A DNA stretch of 51,177 nucleotides from the IMG/VR virus record IMGVR_UViG_2579778634_000021; one strand, written 5' to 3'. Shown in pieces: positions 48,217-51,177 of the stretch. Made by a program: the position numbers and the translations under genes. The DNA is from a virus (Duplodnaviria; Heunggongvirae; Uroviricota; Caudoviricetes). Each line of letters starts with the position of its first letter. The first letter of the stretch is position 1. The notes beneath the pieces were generated by a model. That model had not been told where the DNA came from. It did no database searches and saw only the letters and a program-made list of their open reading frames with translations.

Positions 48217-49119
48217 ATGACCACTATTACCAAAGAACGTATCGAATTATTCATTAAAAATCCGCTTGATAACGGGCTTACCCGTGGCGAACAAATGGAA
48301 GTGGCACGGATTGCGCTGGCATCGCTGGAAGCAGATCCAGTTAAACGAGTTAACTCAGATCAGATGCGCCGAGTCTGCTTAGAAGCTAATCGCCATTTAG
48401 ATAAATATGACGCGATGGCGAAAGAGGTAAATAAGTTGCTTGGACGCATCGCCCCGCCAGCACCGGTAGTGCCTGAAGAAGCAACTCCGGAAAACGTAGA
48501 AATGCTCTCTGGCTATGTTTCAACGTACAAATTAACCGATAGCGAGCGCGATATTGCTGCCGAAATATGGAACGCCTGCCGCGCCGCCATGCTTCAGTCC
48601 GGAAACTTTCGGGAAAACAAGAATTCGTCAACCAATAATTTTCGGGAAATCGCGGAAACGTCAACCAACTATCCGGCAATTCCTAGTGAGGTGTTGTCCG
48701 CAATCCTGAAGGTTGCCAGGATTCGTGCCGATTTCGATGATTTTGACGGTGACAGGCGAGGTATCGGTGATTGTCTGGATGAGGCTGAGCAAGAGCTTAT
48801 CGTTACCATTAACAAATATGCCAGTCAGTTGGCAGCAGAACCTATAGCGCCTAATGACGTTCGAGAGCAGACAGCCATTCCACAAGTTCCGGTAACTCCG
48901 GATGGTTGGATAAGCTGTAGTGAGCGAATGCCGAACGATAAACAGTATGTTTGGTGTTGGGGTAAGTCTTACGGCTGGACTGAGTGCGATACCTTCGAAG
49001 GGTATTACGATTGTTCGAGAAACAAATGGTGGGCAGTTACTGACAATGGGGAAGAACCGGCATCGAAAGTAACCCACTGGATGCCGCTACCGGAGCCGCC
49101 GCAGGAGGTGAATCAATGA
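48217..49119 (+). CDS. DUF551-domain phage protein
   Basis: 300 aa. The C-terminal motif WISCSERMPNDKQYVWCWG...THWMPLPEPP is typical of the DUF551 family. Confidence 0.55.
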   Translation: MTTITKERIELFIKNPLDNGLTRGEQMEVARIALASLEADPVKRVNSDQMRRVCLEANRHLDKYDAMAKEVNKLLGRIAPPAPVVPEEATPENVEMLSGYVSTYKLTDSERDIAAEIWNACRAAMLQSGNFRENKNSSTNNFREIAETSTNYPAIPSEVLSAILKVARIRADFDDFDGDRRGIGDCLDEAEQELIVTINKYASQLAAEPIAPNDVREQTAIPQVPVTPDGWISCSERMPNDKQYVWCWGKSYGWTECDTFEGYYDCSRNKWWAVTDNGEEPASKVTHWMPLPEPPQEVNQ

Positions 49120-49199
49120 GCTGGCCTGATGCAATCGTAACTCTGGGGATGGTATTCGCAGCAGCGTTTGTTGTGTACTCGATTTGTCGATGGGGATAA
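49116..49199 (+). CDS. small hydrophobic peptide (27 aa)
   Basis: MSWPDAIVTLGMVFAAAFVVYSICRWG. ATGA overlap with the upstream stop; one predicted transmembrane helix. Confidence 0.3.
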   Translation: MSWPDAIVTLGMVFAAAFVVYSICRWG

Positions 49200-49203
49200 C
49201 CAC

Positions 49204-49446
49204 ATGTTCGCTTTGATTCAACGCGGGCAGATATACACGGACAGAGCCGGATACCCCGTGGTGATTACTCGCATCACTGAGCACTCAGTGTTCTTTCGAC
49301 GGATGGACGGACGATCCGGGCGGGTACGCATCACTGAGTTCAACAGCCTGTTCGAACATATTGACCACCAGGAGTACCGCAAAATTCTCGCGGACACTGA
49401 GCAGGAAAAGCACCTGAAAAAATTACGAGCCATAAAAAGGAAGTAA
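49204..49446 (+). CDS. hypothetical protein
   Basis: 80 aa from MFALIQRGQIY. Confidence 0.4.
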   Translation: MFALIQRGQIYTDRAGYPVVITRITEHSVFFRRMDGRSGRVRITEFNSLFEHIDHQEYRKILADTEQEKHLKKLRAIKRK

Positions 49447-49584
49447 AGAATGAATAAAGCATTTGAACGATGGGTCCACCAGCGTTACGGCAATCGCTAT
49501 GACCTGACGCGAGATGTTGACGGCTTCTACTGTCGTGAAGTTGTGAAGCGAATGTTTGACGTGTGGTGCCACTGCCGTGGATGA
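49447..49584 (+). CDS. small Cys-containing protein (paralog of 32375..32518)
   Basis: 45 aa, MNKAFERWVHQRYGNRYDLTRDVDGFYCREVVKRMFDVWCHCRG. Confidence 0.45.
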   Translation, partial: RMNKAFERWVHQRYGNRYDLTRDVDGFYCREVVKRMFDVWCHCRG

Positions 49585-49602
49585 AAGTTTTATGAGGTTG
49601 GC

Positions 49603-49857
49603 ATGCAGACAATCATCTATCAGATAACCCCCAGCAAATGGTGTACGGAGAGAGTCCTTATTGCATCAACAGGGCTAAAGCCCGGCACCATCGAGCGGGC
49701 CAGAAGAAAGTCATGGATGCAGGGAAAAGAATACCGCCATTACGCTGTAGAAGGTGATCCTGGGCATTACAGTGAATGCCTGTACAACATCGAAGAAATT
49801 ATGCGATGGATCGAAAACCAGAAACAACCAGGTGCCAAAAATGCAAGTTCCGGTTAA
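49603..49857 (+). CDS. xis: putative excisionase
   Basis: 84-aa basic protein immediately upstream of int. Confidence 0.5.
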   Translation: MQTIIYQITPSKWCTERVLIASTGLKPGTIERARRKSWMQGKEYRHYAVEGDPGHYSECLYNIEEIMRWIENQKQPGAKNASSG

Positions 49858-49890
49858 CCTGTTAATGCTCCTGGACGTCTGGGAGGTTTA

Positions 49891-51177
49891 ATGAGTAACG
49901 TATCATACCCGACAGGCGTTGAAAACCATGGAGGATCACTCCGTATATGGTTTCACTATAATGGCAAACGTGTCAGAGAAAACCTCGGTGTTCCTGACAC
50001 CGCCAAAAACCGGAAGATCGCAGGTGAACTTCGCACTTCCGTTTGTTTTGCAATCAGAATGGGGAGTTTCGACTACGCTACACAGTTCCCTAATTCCCCT
50101 AACCTGAAACACTTTGGTCTGGGAAAAAGAGAGATAACCGTTAAGGCACTTTCGGAAAAATGGTTGGACCTTAAGAAAATTGAGATTTGTGCGAATGCAC
50201 TTAATCGTTACCAGTCAGTAATTAAAAACATGTTGCCTATGTTGGGTGAGAAAAAACTGGTTTCATCCATAACAAAAGAGGATTTACTTTTCGCAAGGAG
50301 AGATTTGTTGACCGGTTACCAAAAGCTTTCTAATGGAAAGATTTCTTCCATAAAAGGGCGCTCAGTGGTCACAGTAAACTACTATATGACAACCATAGCT
50401 GGAATGTTTCAATTTGCAACAGATAATGGTTATACCTCAGGAAACCCATTTAACGGTCTGGCCCCCTTAAAAAAGTCCAAGGTAAAACCAGATCCTCTCA
50501 CCCGTGACGAATTTATTCGTTTTATTGAGGCTTGCCGTCATCAACAAACAAAAAACCTGTGGATTCTCGCTGTATACACGGGTATTCGTCACGGGGAGCT
50601 GGTATCGCTGGCATGGGAAGATATAGATCTTAAAGCAAGGACTATAACCATCCGTAGGAATTATACAAAACTTGGCGAATTCACTCCACCAAAAACCGAT
50701 GCTGGCACCGGAAGGACAATTCATCTGGTTCAACCAGCTATTGATGCTCTTAAAAGTCAGGCGGAAATGACCATGCTTGGAAAGCAACATTCTGTAGAGG
50801 TAAAGCAGAGGGAATATGGGAGAAGTACTGTGCATAAATGCACTTTTGTTTTTAGTCCTCAGGTAATAAAACAGCGGCAGTTTTCCGGACCGCACTATAA
50901 GGTTGACTCCATCAGGGAGTCATGGACAAGTATCTTAAAACGCGCAGGTCTGAGACACAGAAAATCGTACCAATCCAGGCATACTTATGCATGCTGGTCA
51001 CTTGCCGCTGGAGCTAATCCTAGTTTTATCGCAAGCCAGATGGGCCACACAAACGCACAAATGGTATTCAATGTTTACGGAGCATGGATGAAAGACAACA
51101 ATCACGAACAGATAGAACTCCTTAACAAAAGACTATCTGAAAGTGTCCCATGTATGCCCCATAAGAAAGCTGGGTAA
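49891..51177 (+). CDS. int: tyrosine-type site-specific integrase
   Basis: 428 aa. The C-terminal catalytic region (RHTYACWSLAAGANPSFIASQMGHTNAQMVFNVYGAW) has the R..H.R..Y arrangement. Last gene of the prophage at the window edge. Confidence 0.9.
   Translation: MSNVSYPTGVENHGGSLRIWFHYNGKRVRENLGVPDTAKNRKIAGELRTSVCFAIRMGSFDYATQFPNSPNLKHFGLGKREITVKALSEKWLDLKKIEICANALNRYQSVIKNMLPMLGEKKLVSSITKEDLLFARRDLLTGYQKLSNGKISSIKGRSVVTVNYYMTTIAGMFQFATDNGYTSGNPFNGLAPLKKSKVKPDPLTRDEFIRFIEACRHQQTKNLWILAVYTGIRHGELVSLAWEDIDLKARTITIRRNYTKLGEFTPPKTDAGTGRTIHLVQPAIDALKSQAEMTMLGKQHSVEVKQREYGRSTVHKCTFVFSPQVIKQRQFSGPHYKVDSIRESWTSILKRAGLRHRKSYQSRHTYACWSLAAGANPSFIASQMGHTNAQMVFNVYGAWMKDNNHEQIELLNKRLSESVPCMPHKKAG

Overview
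This window is almost entirely one lambda-like (lambdoid) prophage of an enterobacterial host, laid out in reverse of the conventional lambda map. Reading left to right: tail fibre and tail genes, head genes, terminase, the cos site, a lysis cassette, a NanS-p-like esterase, a Q-like late regulator, the nin region, replication genes O and P, the immunity region (cII, cro, cI), N, cIII, kil, gam, bet, exo, accessory genes, xis and int. The other attachment site should lie just beyond the right edge. Many proteins match my recollection of lambda closely (J, H, V, U, Z, E, B, A, P, Ren, NinE, NinH, cII, cIII, Kil, Gam, Bet, Exo, Ea22), and the cosN sequence and the G-T slippery site are present. 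The lysis module is phage 21-type instead (71-aa pinholin plus a signal-anchored endolysin). All calls rest on reading the translations and on recalled family knowledge; no database search was run. The most interesting candidate is an AT-rich two-gene cassette sitting exactly where lambda carries rexA-rexB, directly downstream of cI and before the OL/pL region: a soluble 144-aa protein translationally coupled to a 206-aa coiled-coil protein with one C-terminal transmembrane helix. I could not match either to RexA/RexB or to any family I know, so it is a candidate lysogen-expressed phage-exclusion module. Other accessory features worth follow-up are a possible anti-restriction set (Lar-like, phage Dam, ORF6N protein, a TGT-fold DpdA-like candidate next to exo), a ClpX zinc-binding-domain mimic, a methyltransferase gene flanked by direct repeats of the tfa 3' end, an apparently frameshifted tail gene L, two extra small membrane ORFs inside the lysis cassette, and tandem hairpin-bearing repeats with a tRNA-like remnant downstream of the Q-like gene.
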